Source of the DNA: the human T2T-CHM13v2.0 reference genome, Homo sapiens
Reading direction: 5' to 3' (one strand)
Length of the DNA: 64,000 nucleotides
Assembly: GCF_009914755.1 (NCBI RefSeq)
Contig: NC_060939.1
The notes below the pieces were generated by a model. It had not been told where the DNA came from. It saw only the letters and a list, made by a program, of their open reading frames with translations, and searched no databases. The position numbers were made by a program, and so were the translations under genes. Shown piece by piece: positions 17,196-38,700 of the stretch. How positions within the stretch are numbered: the stretch's first letter is position 1; every line of letters begins with the position of its first letter.

Positions 17196-18839
17196 TAGCC
17201 AAAATCATTTATTTCTTTTCTGGACTTATGCAATAATCACCCAAGTTTTCTCCACATTTTTTGTCCTCTGTTCAATTCATTTTCCACTTAGTAGCCAGAC
17301 TGCTGGGTTTTTTTTTAACTTTTTATTTTGAAATAATTATGGCTTCAAAGGAGGTTATAAAGAAATGCACAGGGAAGCCCTGTGCATCCTTCCCCCAGTT
17401 TACCCCAATTTTTTTTTTCTGGAGACAGAATCTTGCTCTGTCACCCAGACTGGAGTGCACTGGCATGATCTTGGCTCACTGCAACCTTCATCTCCTGAGT
17501 TCCAGCAATTCTCCTGCCTCAGCCTCCTGAGTAGCTGAGACTACAGGCACACACTGCCACGCCTGGGTAATTTTTCATATTTTAGTAAAGATGGGGTTTC
17601 ACCGTGTTGCCCCAGCTGCTCTCAAACTCCTGAGCTCAGGGAATCCACCCACCTTGGCCTCCCAAAGTGCTAGGATTATAGGCGTGAGCCACTGCCCCCA
17701 GCGACCTGATTTTAACATCATACGAAACTATAGCACAGTATCAAAACCAAGAAATGCACATTGGTGCAATTCATAGAGCCTATTCAAATTTCACTAGTTT
17801 TACACGCACTTGTGTGTGTCTATGTAGCACACAATCAAGATACTTAACTGTATCAGCACCACAAGACTCTAATGACAAGACTACCTTGTTAGCCCTTTAT
17901 AGCCACACTCATCCACTCCCCCATCCTTAATTCCTAGCAACCCCTAATCAATTCTGCATTTTTATAATTATTTTATCTCATGATTGTTACACAAATGAAA
18001 TCAGGAATATGTATTTTTGAGATTGGCTTTTTTTACACACAATGCAATTTCCTTGAGTTTCATCATGGTTGTATGTGTCAAAATTTTATTCCTTTTTACT
18101 ACTTCATAATATTCCATGTATGGAGGTATCACAGTTTAACACTTGTCTCGTTGAAGGACATTTGGGTAGTTTGTACTTTCTGGCTATTATAAACAGAGTT
18201 GTTATAAACATTTACATAGAAGTTCTTGTGTGAAAATAAGTCTGCATTTTTATTTTTCTTTCTTTCTCTCCGTTTCTTTCTTTCTTTCCCTTTCTTTCTT
18301 TCTTTCTTTGTCTTTCTTTCTTTTTTTTTTTTGAGACAGGGCCTCCTTTTTGCTTAGGCCAGAGTGCAGTGGCACCCAGGCTGGACTGCAGTGGTGTGAA
18401 CACAGTTCACTGCAGCCCTGACCTCCTTGGCTCAAGGGCTCCTCTCACCCTAGCTTCCTGAGTAGCTGGGACTACAGGTGTGCACCACCATGCCCTGCTG
18501 ATTTAAAAAAAAAAATCCGTAGAGACAGAGTCTCGCCGTGTTTCCCAGGGGGGCGTCTCAAACTCCTGGGCTCAACCAATCTTCCTGCCTTGGCCTCCCG
18601 AAGTGTTGGGATTACAGGTGTGAGCCACTGCGCCCAGCCCAAGTCTTCATTTTTCTAGGATAAATGATCAATAATACAATTGCCGGGTCATATGATAAGT
18701 CCATTTTTAGTTTTGAAAGGAACTTCCAAACTATTTTCTGGAGTGGAGAGTGCTTTTTTAAAATACACAAATCTCATCATGTCGTTATTTTACATAAAAC
18801 TCTTCAATGCCTTTCCACTGTGGTATAATTAAGGCTTGA

Positions 18840-19009
<170 letters not shown>

Positions 19010-19931
19010 TAATTTTTTTTTTTTTTTTTGTATTTTTATTAGAGACAGGGCTTCTCCATGTTGGTCAGGCTGGTCTCGAACTCCTGACCTCAGGTGATCT
19101 ACCCGCCTCGGCCTCCCAAAGTGTTGGGATTACATGCGCGAGCCACCGCGCCCGGCCAAGGCTTGATTTTTAAAAATATATACTGCAAGACTTTAATATA
19201 ATTTCCACTGATTTCTCCAACCTCATTCTGTACCACTTCCCTTGCTCTTTATGCTCTCTGGCCTTTTAAACTTGTCCTCAATTCATCATTAGTCTCCTGC
19301 CACGGTGGCTTTGCTAATGCTGTTTCGTTTTCCTGGGATGCTCTTCTCCCTGCTCTTAGTCTAATTAACTCAAACTCTACCTTTCATTCTTAACTCAAGC
19401 ATTATTTCCTCAGGGAAACCTCTCTAGTCTAAGTCAGGTTCCTTTTTTCATCTTTCTTTCATCACATCTCTCAGTTTGAAATTATATAGTAATTTCTGTG
19501 AATATCTGATTAAACCCTGTCTTCATCTCCAGATTAAAATTCATGTAAGCAAGAATTGTGTTAATTTTTGCTCGTTAATGCCTGGCATGTAGCAGGTGCT
19601 CAAAAATATTTTTTGAGTGAATGAATGAATGAATTGTACACTGGAAAATATTTCAGTGCCAAAGCATTCACATTCTATAATTTTATTTATCCATTATTCA
19701 TTTAATATATATTAACCAGTAATCATGTTCCTGGTAGTTTGCTAAGCAATAGGTTACTATAGACAAATTTCAGATTCACACAAAATGTATATTAATGCAT
19801 CCTGAAATACATGTTATTTCAGACAAAGACTTTCCAGATAGTTCTACTGCATAAATATTGAAAAATAAATTAATAGGATATTTGTAATTCTTTTAAAATA
19901 TTAAGGAAGTTTCGCCTGGGCAACATGGTGA

Positions 19932-20261
<330 letters not shown>

Positions 20262-20309
20262 TAAAAAAATTTTTTAAAAATTAGCCGCGCTTGGTGGTGT
20301 GCACCTTTA

Positions 20310-20429
<120 letters not shown>

Positions 20430-20980
20430 TCAATAAAATAAAATAAAAATAAATAAAAATGAAATGAAAATTGAGAAAGTTTACAAGTCAAGAAAGGGAC
20501 AAACGTAGCTCTCCATCTTGATCACTGTTTGTCATATGGACTTGACATAACCCTCTGCAACCAATAACCAAAGACTTGAGTTTAATATTACCATCATAAG
20601 AAGGTCCCTGGTATTTTTTCCTGGGCAGCATGGTTTAAAATATTCATGGTTGCCACATCATATTATAAGGGACATACCTGTAGTGATGCATCTGTCTGTA
20701 ATCTTTGATCCTAAAGGCTTAGTGAGTCATGTACTTCTTATGTGATAGCTGAAGAAGCCAATATGGCAAAATCATGTGGGATTTTTGCCTTGTTTTGCTC
20801 TGTTTTTTACAGCAATGCGAAAAAAAAGGCAGATTTTTTTCGGGATATGAATACTGCCAACATAGGCAGACTGCAACACTGTGGGTTGCCTGAGAAATTT
20901 TTTAAGAACGTGGGAATGAGCAAGATGTGTGCATATTTGTGAATGAAACACAGCAAGGCAGGACTACCTAAGAAACATGA

Positions 20981-21169
<189 letters not shown>

Positions 21170-21815
21170 TGAGTAGCTGGGATTACAAGTGCCCGCCAGC
21201 ACGCCTGGCTAATTTTTGTACTTTTAGTAGAGAGGGGTTTCGCCATGTTGGTCAGGCTGGGCTCGAACTTCTGACCTCAGGTGATGCGTCCGCCTCAGCC
21301 TCCCAAAGTGCTGGGATTACAAGCGTGAGCTACCGTGCCCGGCCTATAAAATCTCTTTTAAAAGACAGAAAATGTGCCAATTTTAAGCCTTTTTGGTTTG
21401 TATGTGTGTTTGGAGGGAAAGAGTGGGAACAGGAAGGCAAAACGATGACAACTTTGTACTGTAATATTCCTTTAAGTCTTTCATTTTTTGTACACTTGTG
21501 AATTTTATAAAGATATTTTCATACCACAAAATTCACCATTTTAATGTGTATCATTTTGTGTCTAGTATTCTCACTTTTTAGTATATTTTTGTATATTCAC
21601 AGAGTTGTGTAAACATTACCACTAGCTAATTCCAAACCATCTTAATCACCCCAGAAAGAAACCCTATACTAGTTAGCAGTCACTCCCTCTCTTTTTATTT
21701 CCTAGGCTCTGGCAACTACTACTCTCTGTCTCTATGAATTTGCCTATTCTGGACATTTCATTTAATAATAAATGAAATCACATGTAGCCTTTTGCGACTG
21801 GCTACTCTGACTTAG

Positions 21816-22058
<243 letters not shown>

Positions 22059-22060
22059 TA

Positions 22061-22177
<117 letters not shown>

Positions 22178-24258
22178 TCATTTCTTTTACGGGTCAATAA
22201 TATTCCGTTGGATAGATATACCAGTACATTAACTTCTTAAATTTTTAAATTTTATTTTCAAAATGACAGAAGAGGTACAAGAAAAATAAAAAGAACTTAA
22301 GTGTATCCTTCACTTGGATAAATAAATAAACATTTTGCTTCAATTACTTATTTTTTTGCCTTCTTTGTTTTCCTCCCTGTCTACACACTCACACTTTATT
22401 GTTATTATTGCCATTGTTATTATTTTCTGAACAATTTTCTGAACCTTCATGCCTACTTCTAATAATTCAGTGTATATTTCCTAAGAACAAAATAGTCTCT
22501 TACACAGTCATAGAACAATAATCAAATTAAGGAAATTTAACACAAGTTAAAATATTTTTATCTAACATGCCGACCATATCTAAATTCATCAATAGTTTGA
22601 GTAATGTCCTTGGATGTCAGTTTTTTTCTCCCCGATCAAAGATCCACATTGTATTTAACTGTCATGTTCTTTCTTTCATCTGGAATAGTCCCTCCATCTT
22701 CTCTTGTCATTCATGACACTGATATTTTTAGAATACAGGCCTATCGTTATTATAGGGTGACACTCAGCTTGGATTTTTCTGATGTTTTCTCACCATTAGA
22801 TTAAGGTTGATGCGTTCTAGGCAGGAATAATGCATAATAATGAAGCTTTGTCCTACTCAGCGCACCACATCAGGAGGCACATGATATCCATGTGTTTTAT
22901 TATTGGTGATGTTAACTTTGATCACTTGGGTAATGTGATGTCCTCTATGTTTCTCTACTGTAAAGTTATCATCACTATAAAATTAATAAGTGCTCTCTGG
23001 GAAAAGACTTTGAAACTATGATATATCCCATTCTGCATTAAACTTTCATCCACTATTTTTTTGCATCCTTTGATGATTCCTACCTGAATTAGTTATCAAT
23101 ATTATAGCTGCAAAATGGTCATTTCTAACTCTAGCATTCCTTTTACGTTTCTTATTTGGCATTCTACTTTCTCTTTTTCTCTCTCTATCAGAATGGACGT
23201 ATGCATTCATTATTTTATTCAGTGGGTTATAATTTATTACTTGTTATTCATTCTGATAATCAGCTTGTTCCAGAATTGGCTAGAAGAAGCCCCTTCAGCT
23301 GACGTTGGTGATCTTTTGAACATGTACCATAGTTTCTTGAGCTCTTCCTTACTTTCTGACACAATAAAATGTTCCAGGTTCCAATACTTTTCTCTGTTCC
23401 AGCCCTGGAATTAGCAATTTCCCCTAAGGAGTCCTGAGGACTAGTATTTAGAACACAAATTCTGGGTGCTTAGTGTGCTCATTACCACTGCAGCGTCACT
23501 AATTATAGGCTTTTTCTGGGAAAAATGACAATTTCATATGGTTCAACTATATATTTATTTATTTATTTACATGTATTTACATGCATATATAATGAATTCA
23601 TATTATTCAATACATATGAATGCCTCTAATTCCAAATCAGTTGCACATGGTTCTTCCTTACCTTTCACCCTTCCACATTTTTATCTTTCTTCTCCCACAG
23701 GGAGAACTCTGGTTCCCAGAGTTCCCATTCTTATTATGGCTTTTGTTATAAACAAAATGTGAAAGGACGTGTTTCATTTCTAATTTCAAAATTATATTAA
23801 CATTATATGTAAATTATAAGCTTGTGTATACATGCACAGACAATTTGAGAGTATATGGTTATTCATTTAAATGAATTCTGATATTTTTAGAATATCAGAA
23901 TATCAATATGCTCACACAACTCTGTGAATATACTAGTTAGGCCCCTTACACAAAAGTATCATCCTCATCCCATGTCATTCCACAACTGTGGCTTCATTCT
24001 TTTGGATTGTAAAATTGCTTTGGAGTTTAACAGTTATCTATTAAAATGTTAATTACCTAGCTCTAACAGCTTAATAATCAGTTAATATTGAAAGGAATTA
24101 GTAGATAGCTTTGTGAGACTGAGCTGGAGGGTACTGAAGGTGAAGAAGGTTGACACAGAGAGAGGTGAGGATTGAAGGTCGTTAGGGAGGGTTGACTAGT
24201 ACAAATGTTAACTTTTCATAGTTATAAATTTTCTTTTATGCATAAATTGATCATAATA

Positions 24259-24879
<621 letters not shown>

Positions 24880-25365
24880 TACGAATAGATATGTCAACAC
24901 GGGCTATCTCCCTCTTTAAACAGTTCTTCAAATATACCCTTTGATAAAATTTTATACTTTTCTCCATAAAAGTCTCGCATATTTTGTATAATATATTCTT
25001 AATTGTTGGTATGGTAAATTGTTGTTGGTATGGTATGGTAAATAATATCTTTTTGATTGTTTGTTGCTGATATATAGTAACTCTGTTACACTTTGTATTT
25101 TGATCTTATACCCAACTATCTTTCTTAACACCTCTGTTTGGAATGATAGTTTATCTATTCCTTGGATTTCTGATGTAGACAATCACACTATATGCATGTA
25201 ATGACAATTCTGTTTCTTCCCTTGTAATTCTACCTACAGACCCATATGATGCCGTCTAGCTTATCCAGTATATTGTTGAATAGGAATGCAACAGCAAGCA
25301 TCTTAGACTTTACCCTAACTTAAGTATGTTTGCTATAGGTATTTGGTGGATATTTTATCAGGTTA

Positions 25366-31655
<6,290 letters not shown>

Positions 31656-32659
31656 CACTTTCTTGCTTCTTTTATTGCCAATAAGAAATTTTCTTAGTGC
31701 GATCTATATAAATTTTTTTTTTTTGTCTAGCTACCTTTAAGTTCTTACCTTGTCTTTCTTGTTCTACAGTTTCACTATAATGTGGCTTGGTATAGACTTA
31801 CTTTTGTATTTCTACACTGAGGTTTGTGCTTCCTAAATCTGAGGAGGTATGGCTTTCATCATGTAGTAATTTTCCCTATGAATATGACTTGTTCTTCATT
31901 CTCTTTAGTCTTTCATTTTAAAACAGCTGTCTTAGATCTTTTTATCTGTTTTATATTCTCCATGTTTCTCTCTGTGTGCTGCATTCTAGCTAATTTCCTC
32001 ATAGCTATCTTCCAGTTTTAGAATATTCTTTGGCTGTTTGATAAATTAAGAGTTTCAAAAATTCAAAAATTGTATTTTTTTATTTCTGGAAATTCCATTC
32101 ATTTATTTTTCTAACTTACTTTTTATGTAGTTTTTCCCTTCTCATGTTTCAATTCCTTCTTTGATGCTCTCCGCAGTCATCAGAAAATCATTTCAAAATG
32201 TTACTGCTCTGTTTTTCAGTCCCCATTTCATTCTCAATCCTAGAGATTTTTTTTTAAAAAAATAAGAATTCAACTAGGTTAAAAAGAAACTTTTTTGGGT
32301 TATATTTTATCTGTTATTTCTAGATGGTTTCAGTGGGAAGATTTTCAGGATTTTCTTACCATTTTAAAATTTTAATACTAAAAAAAAATTTATCCTGATT
32401 TAGAATTGTGCCTATCAGAGCAAGTCCATACCTTTTGGGCTACCTACTGTTTAACTCCTGAAGTGAGCAACCATCTACTGGGATGGGAACATTGTTATTT
32501 CCTTGTTGTTATTAAATAGTAAATGTCAGATGAAAGCAATTCTTAGATACCTTAAATAGGTTCTATTCCTACTTCTTGGAGTGGATTCTATAGTCATCCC
32601 AACCCATGATGTGAAAGCCAACCTCCTATAAATGGAAAATTTTCATTCTCTATTCCCCC

Positions 32660-32791
32660 AAAAGAAAACTGAAGAATAAAAGAAAACATGGGTTTGTCTT
32701 TTTTAACTAAGGAAAGCTTTTATTTAAATTGTGCAATCAATCAGTATTTAGACAGCAGTTTCATAAACATTTTGGCATTTAAACTTTTATT
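32660..32791 (-). terminator. PRTG: Distal polyadenylation signals of PRTG
   Basis: AATAAA at 32791-32786 and 32724-32719 (minus strand), followed by the U-rich tract TGTTTTCTTTTATTCTTCAGTTTTCTTTT at ~32688-32660. Confidence 0.75.
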
Positions 32792-35700
32792 CATTTTTGG
32801 CATGACCTATAGGGTAGTATATAAACTACCCAGTGGGGTGGGGGCAAGTACTAAGCAATATTTACTATGATACTAGAAAAAAAAAAACAAATCTACATTA
32901 TTAAACAAATATGTTTTAAGAAGACATTAAAAAGATACATTCAAAATCAAGGCAAACATTTGCTTTCTTCGTGCAATGGCATTCACAGAACTGATCCCCT
33001 GAGTCAAGTATAAAATTAATATAGCTCAGCTCTACAGTCCATTAGCAAGTCTACAAATGCTGCCCTTACAAGAAAATGGTATACGGAGTGAAAGGATCCA
33101 GAACACCCATAATACAAAATAATTTAACTGGCTCCCACACTTTCATTTAATTCACATCTTTGAAGAAAATAGAAAAAAAAAAATCATACACACAGACACA
33201 AAATTTTGTCCAACAACAGCAACAAGCAGACACATTTTCTTAACATATGTCCTCTACTCTACTGATAGGCTAAGGCAATGTGTGTGTATTCAGGCTTTGC
33301 AATTTCCTATTAACAGGCTCAAGTTGCTAATCATCAGTAATAATTTTCATTTGCAAACAAAATAGATATCCAGAATGTGATAACAGGAAACAGAATATTT
33401 CAAGGTCAAGATTTGTAATATTTTTGTTTTTAAAGACAGTTCCATAGAAAAAATAAACTTCTGTAACATAAATTTTTTTTCAGTTGTAAGTCAAGACTAT
33501 GTCTATATACCATGAACTACTTACAAGCTATGAACTTAAGGAAATCTGCAAAGCTGTTCAGAATAGTATATGGATAAGAAAAAAGGGAAAATATTTCCTC
33601 TAAAAAAAGAAGCCAATCATATAATTCTTCCCAACAAACCCTACATATGAACTCGAATAAACCAGAATCAGGTGCCAGTATATGTTGCCCTATATAAAAT
33701 GCATTCATTTGGAATAGTTTGCAGAAATATTAAAATACTCCATAATCTTGAAAAAGATCTTTTAGAGAAAAATCCTAAATATGTACTTTTCTCCTCACCC
33801 ATCTATCCTGCTGGACAGATCTGATTCTCTCTTTAACTCTTTAAAAGCCAATATATATATATATATATACATGACTTAAATTGGAGTAAGATGACTTCAA
33901 ATTTAGTACTTTGAAAGTACAGTCAATTCCCATTTTCTCTTATGATTTTATCCACCTAACATATGAGTGTTTCCATTTCAGCTATATCTTTTACCAACCA
34001 CTTTCTTCTATTGGTTTTGTGTATGCGTACGGGAGATGCAAACATTTTTCATTTCAACAAAGGCAAAATATAATTGCAAAGGCTGACTTGAAAAGAAAGA
34101 GTCTGTAAAATCTTTCACAGCCTCATACAAATGAGTTTCAGATTATGATTATTTACACTTGAATTTTCTCTTAAGTTTTCAAAGTACTATTGTTTCATTT
34201 TGCACAAAAAAATTATCCTCATTTCATGGATGGAGAAGGCACAGAAACAGTTTAAGAATTTTTGTACCAAACGATTCTCAAAATTGTCAAGATTAGAACT
34301 TAGGTGCTCCAAAGCCTAACTTATACTTGTTCTGTTTTATGACTCTCCGTTAACTTTGCTGTCTCCTACATTAATGCAAATAATAAATTAGTTTATATTC
34401 ATAAAAAATCATGAACTCTTCAGACCTAACAAGAAAGGATTACTGTTTACACACCTGACTTTTTCAAGTCAATGAATTCCTGTTTGGAATATGGGAGCTA
34501 CAGAAAATTACAAAAGATAAAATGCAATTCTGAAGACATTGTCGAATAAGGAAATGCTTGACTAGAAAAGGACTCTAGAAACCATGCCTACCTTATTTGT
34601 AATGTAACTCTAAGTACAAACAGCCTTCAGACACAATTTTAGCTGAGATAAATGGAAGGTTTTGGAGGAGAGAAATTAGGAGATGATAAGGGATGAGTTA
34701 CAGCCGCCTTAATCCCTCCTGTGAATAAGTGGATTTAAATAAGGTAGTCTTCTCTTTTTCGATTGGTTATTACTCTGTAGAAAGGTTGTTCTGACACAAC
34801 CTGGCTTTTGTGGATACAAGGAAAAAACAGTTGTATCTGGTCACACTATGGAAGGCACTATGACCCTGGGTGATTAAATACCTTTTTTTTTTTTTTTTTT
34901 TTTTAAGCTGAGACAATGTATCATAGTCCTATACACTTCTGAGTAAGGATTAACTAACTAGGGTTTGTATCTTGCCTAAACCACTCACTAGCTGTGACTT
35001 TTGGCAAGAGATCAGGAAGCTGTTCCTAATCCCTAAAATGCGGATAATACTTGCTTTACAGAATGTAGCAGCAGTTTGCAGAGATGAACCATGTGCTTGG
35101 CACACTGTAGATGCTCAACAAATGGCATCATATTACTTCCTAGAGTCGGGAGAAGTTGTAAAATGACCAGCTTTCTTATGCTTACTCGGAGTATTATTCT
35201 GGCCTTTCTCATAATGGAGACAGCTTTATCGATTTAGTTGAAGAAATGCTGAAAATTGGGGTGGAATTAGACATTATGTTTTAAAGTTCAAAGAGGGCCA
35301 GACTTGCGATGATCCAGAAATTAGAAGAAACTAGAGCTTTGAGAACCAGGAAAAGGCCGATTGGAACCAAAAAAGAATGACAAGAAAGATCAAATTTCCT
35401 AGGAAATGTATATACATGCTGATGGCATAAGGAGAGGCTCTTGCTGAGAAGGATGGGGAATGTGAGGGTTAATAAAACTGAAAAGCATTCAGTGGCTTGG
35501 TGAAGCTGAAGAGAGGAACCAGATTTAAAGGCAGAAAGTTGTGAATGTTGTGAATATGTCATTAAAAGAAAACAAAGAATAAACTTGAGCATGGTCCTGT
35601 TCATCACTCTGAGTTCCTGTGTTTTGAGGTCTTCCCCCAACTCTTCCCCAGCAACATAACCACTGAAGAGAAAAGGAGAAAGGGTAACTATAAGAAGAGT

Positions 35701-38700
35701 TTTCAATTCTTTTTCTGAATAAATTCCATAAAGTTAGACGCAAATATTTAGGACACTTGCTGATAAACATGAGATGTTATTTTATGAAGCACATATTCAG
35801 AAACTTTAAAGATAAATTGTTTCACAAGTATTTTGGAGAGAAAGTTTAGTGTATAATTTTGGTAGGCTACAAGTCAAAGTTTTCATGCTTTTAATCTTTA
35901 AAGATCCCCAAGGGGCACATGACCTCAGATTTCCAATCTCTTTAATGCTACAGACATTTTACAGGGATCAGAATTCCACAGAAAGAATGTACCTGTTGTG
36001 GGCAAAATACTGGCCACCTACAGAAGTCCATGCCCAAATCCCTGGAACCAGTGAATATGTTACCAAACATAGCAAAAGGAACTCTGTAGATGTGATTAAG
36101 TTGAGGAACTTCAGTTGGGGAGATTATCCTGGATTATTTAGGTGGGCTCAATGTGATCACTGGAATCCTTAAACCTAGATAACCTGTATCAGCTGGGGTT
36201 GGACAAAGAGAAATGATAACGGAAGGAGCTTCAGAGAGATGCTACATGGCTGGCTTTGAAGATGGAAGGAGGGGTTCCCAGCCTTAAAAAACTAGAAAAG
36301 GAAATAGATTTTTCCCTAAAGCCTCAAAAAGAAACAGCCCTGCAAGCGCCTTGATTTTGTCCCAGGGAGACCTGTGTTAGACTTCTGATCTGCAGAACTT
36401 AAGAAAAATTTGTGTTATTTTAAGCCACCACCTTCATGGTAATGTGTTACAGCAGCAATAGGAAAAATAATACAGTATCTGGTAAAAATACAAGACTGTC
36501 ATGTTAATCTTAAACACCATCAACGGCTTAAAAAGGGAAATTGAGAAGATTAAAGCCTGAAACATACACATTGCATTAGCCTGTGATCTTATGTCCTGAG
36601 CATAAATCAACTTAACACAGAACTCTACGGTTACATTCTTCTAAACATCAATAAAAAAATCACAATTAGACAACTGGTTGTATATGGTAGTCTCCAGAAC
36701 CTGCTACTCAGTGCTCACAAACTGCAAAGATTATTTTGACTATTAAACCAACAGAATCTTATCAGAGACCCATGTGGCAAATGGTCAGGAAGAAAGTCTG
36801 CAAAACACATGTGCAGTCTTAGTGACTGTTTCAATATAACTGGAGTTTTTTTTTTACATTCAGTATTCAAAATTTACATTCAGTGAAACAGAAATGTATA
36901 TAAGTGAACCACTATAGCTACTGCTGAAGTGAAACCACATCTGGGTATTCTTGCATTAAAAAATAAATGATATTTTCAATTCCAAATTCTTGTGACACGA
37001 TCTGAATTGTTTTCAAAGGTGTCTGCATAAGAACTTGAACAATGATCCTGGGTTGTCAACCACGAGCACATTTCTGGCAGAAGTCCTTAACAAAGCCAAG
37101 ACAAACTGATGCAAACCTCTGTCATTGCTCCCAATGTTGGCATTGCTCGTTTCAAGCACAGACAAAAGTATAGCATGTGACACTAAGAATCTAATTTCTT
37201 TGGTATGGCAAAACTGATTTTTAAAAGTCACTTAATGGATAAAGCTGTATTTTTACTTTTAGGCTAATCAAAATATAAAACCCCAGATTTCATTAAAAAT
37301 TTTTTCCCTTTACCCAAGGTTCCATTAAAGTTTGAAAACTGAGCTCCTTTGGTGCAATGCAAACATTTCAATTTAACAACTCTAAATTCCAATCTCACAC
37401 CTTTAAAGAGCACATCTATCAAAGCATAGCCCACTTAAAGAATGACATGATTTGTTTGCCTCTTACATCCTTAGAGATGAAAAGCATCCCTATTATTAAG
37501 GGACTGCCTCAAGCCGTCTGAGCTAACCAGGTAATGCTTAAAGCAGGAAGAGAACTATACAGGCTAATTCAGAGGTACCATAATACTCTGCAACATAAAA
37601 GCTTGCTGATATTTCTGTTGACATTTCACACTCAAGGTGCTTTGGAAAGTATCACATCATTTGGCAAAAACATCATGTGGCTGAATCACAGATTAAATGG
37701 AAAGTCCTCATGCATGTTATTTGTATACAGACTGTGTTCCGAAGAGACATGTTTGGTTTAACATAAAAACAAGAAACAACAGTTTAATGTACAACTATAT
37801 TTGCCTATATGCGGAGGTAACCTTAAATATCTTTGGTTTTTTTCTTTTTAATTTGCTGATAAAAAGTACTTGAATAAAAACACTGATAAATACCAATATA
37901 ATTGTATTGCTTTTAATTATGTAAACTTAGCCCTTTGATATTTTTTGCTACTAAAGCTAGATTCTCTATCGGCCTCTAAATAAATTTATTTCAAATCTGC
38001 TCATCTTTACTTACTTACAGGCTAACCTATACATCTTAATGGTCTTTGGTATGAAAATACTGATGAGCAGTATCTTGTAATATTTGGCATAAAAATGACA
38101 TGCAGGTATCAGTACTTACAGCAAATACATCTTTGGAAAAGAAAATAGTTACCATTTGCATATTAGCCCCTTTGAAGTACAATACCATGAAGTAATACCA
38201 CTATGAAAAATGAGTGAAAATCTTCACATTTTAATTACAATTTCATACTTAAGACTTCAAAGAAGCTTGATTTGGTCAAGTAAAAAGAAGTCTTTGCTGT
38301 ATTACTAAATATCTTATTCAATGAGACCAAAGTATTTATTTTTGGTAAAAAAAAAAATTTTCTCTCCAACAAGTAGTTTCAACAATATAAAAATACTTTA
38401 ATACTGTATAGTTGAAGATTTACTTGCTGAAGAAAAAACTATACCTGAAATTCTTTGGAACGATCTGCTGGTAAAGAAAGTATTACAACTTATTTTAAAT
38501 GCTCTGGTAACAATAAGGTAGTTAACATTACTAATCTATTTAACTACAACAATCAATATAAACCCTATTGTTTTGGGTTAGTAACTACTTGTGTAAGTTT
38601 CATATCTATAAATGCTTCTAGTTAATTCAATTTGGGGGGAATTATAATCAAAATTTTATTTTCTACTGAAAATTCTTTGGTAACAGAATTATTATGAAAA

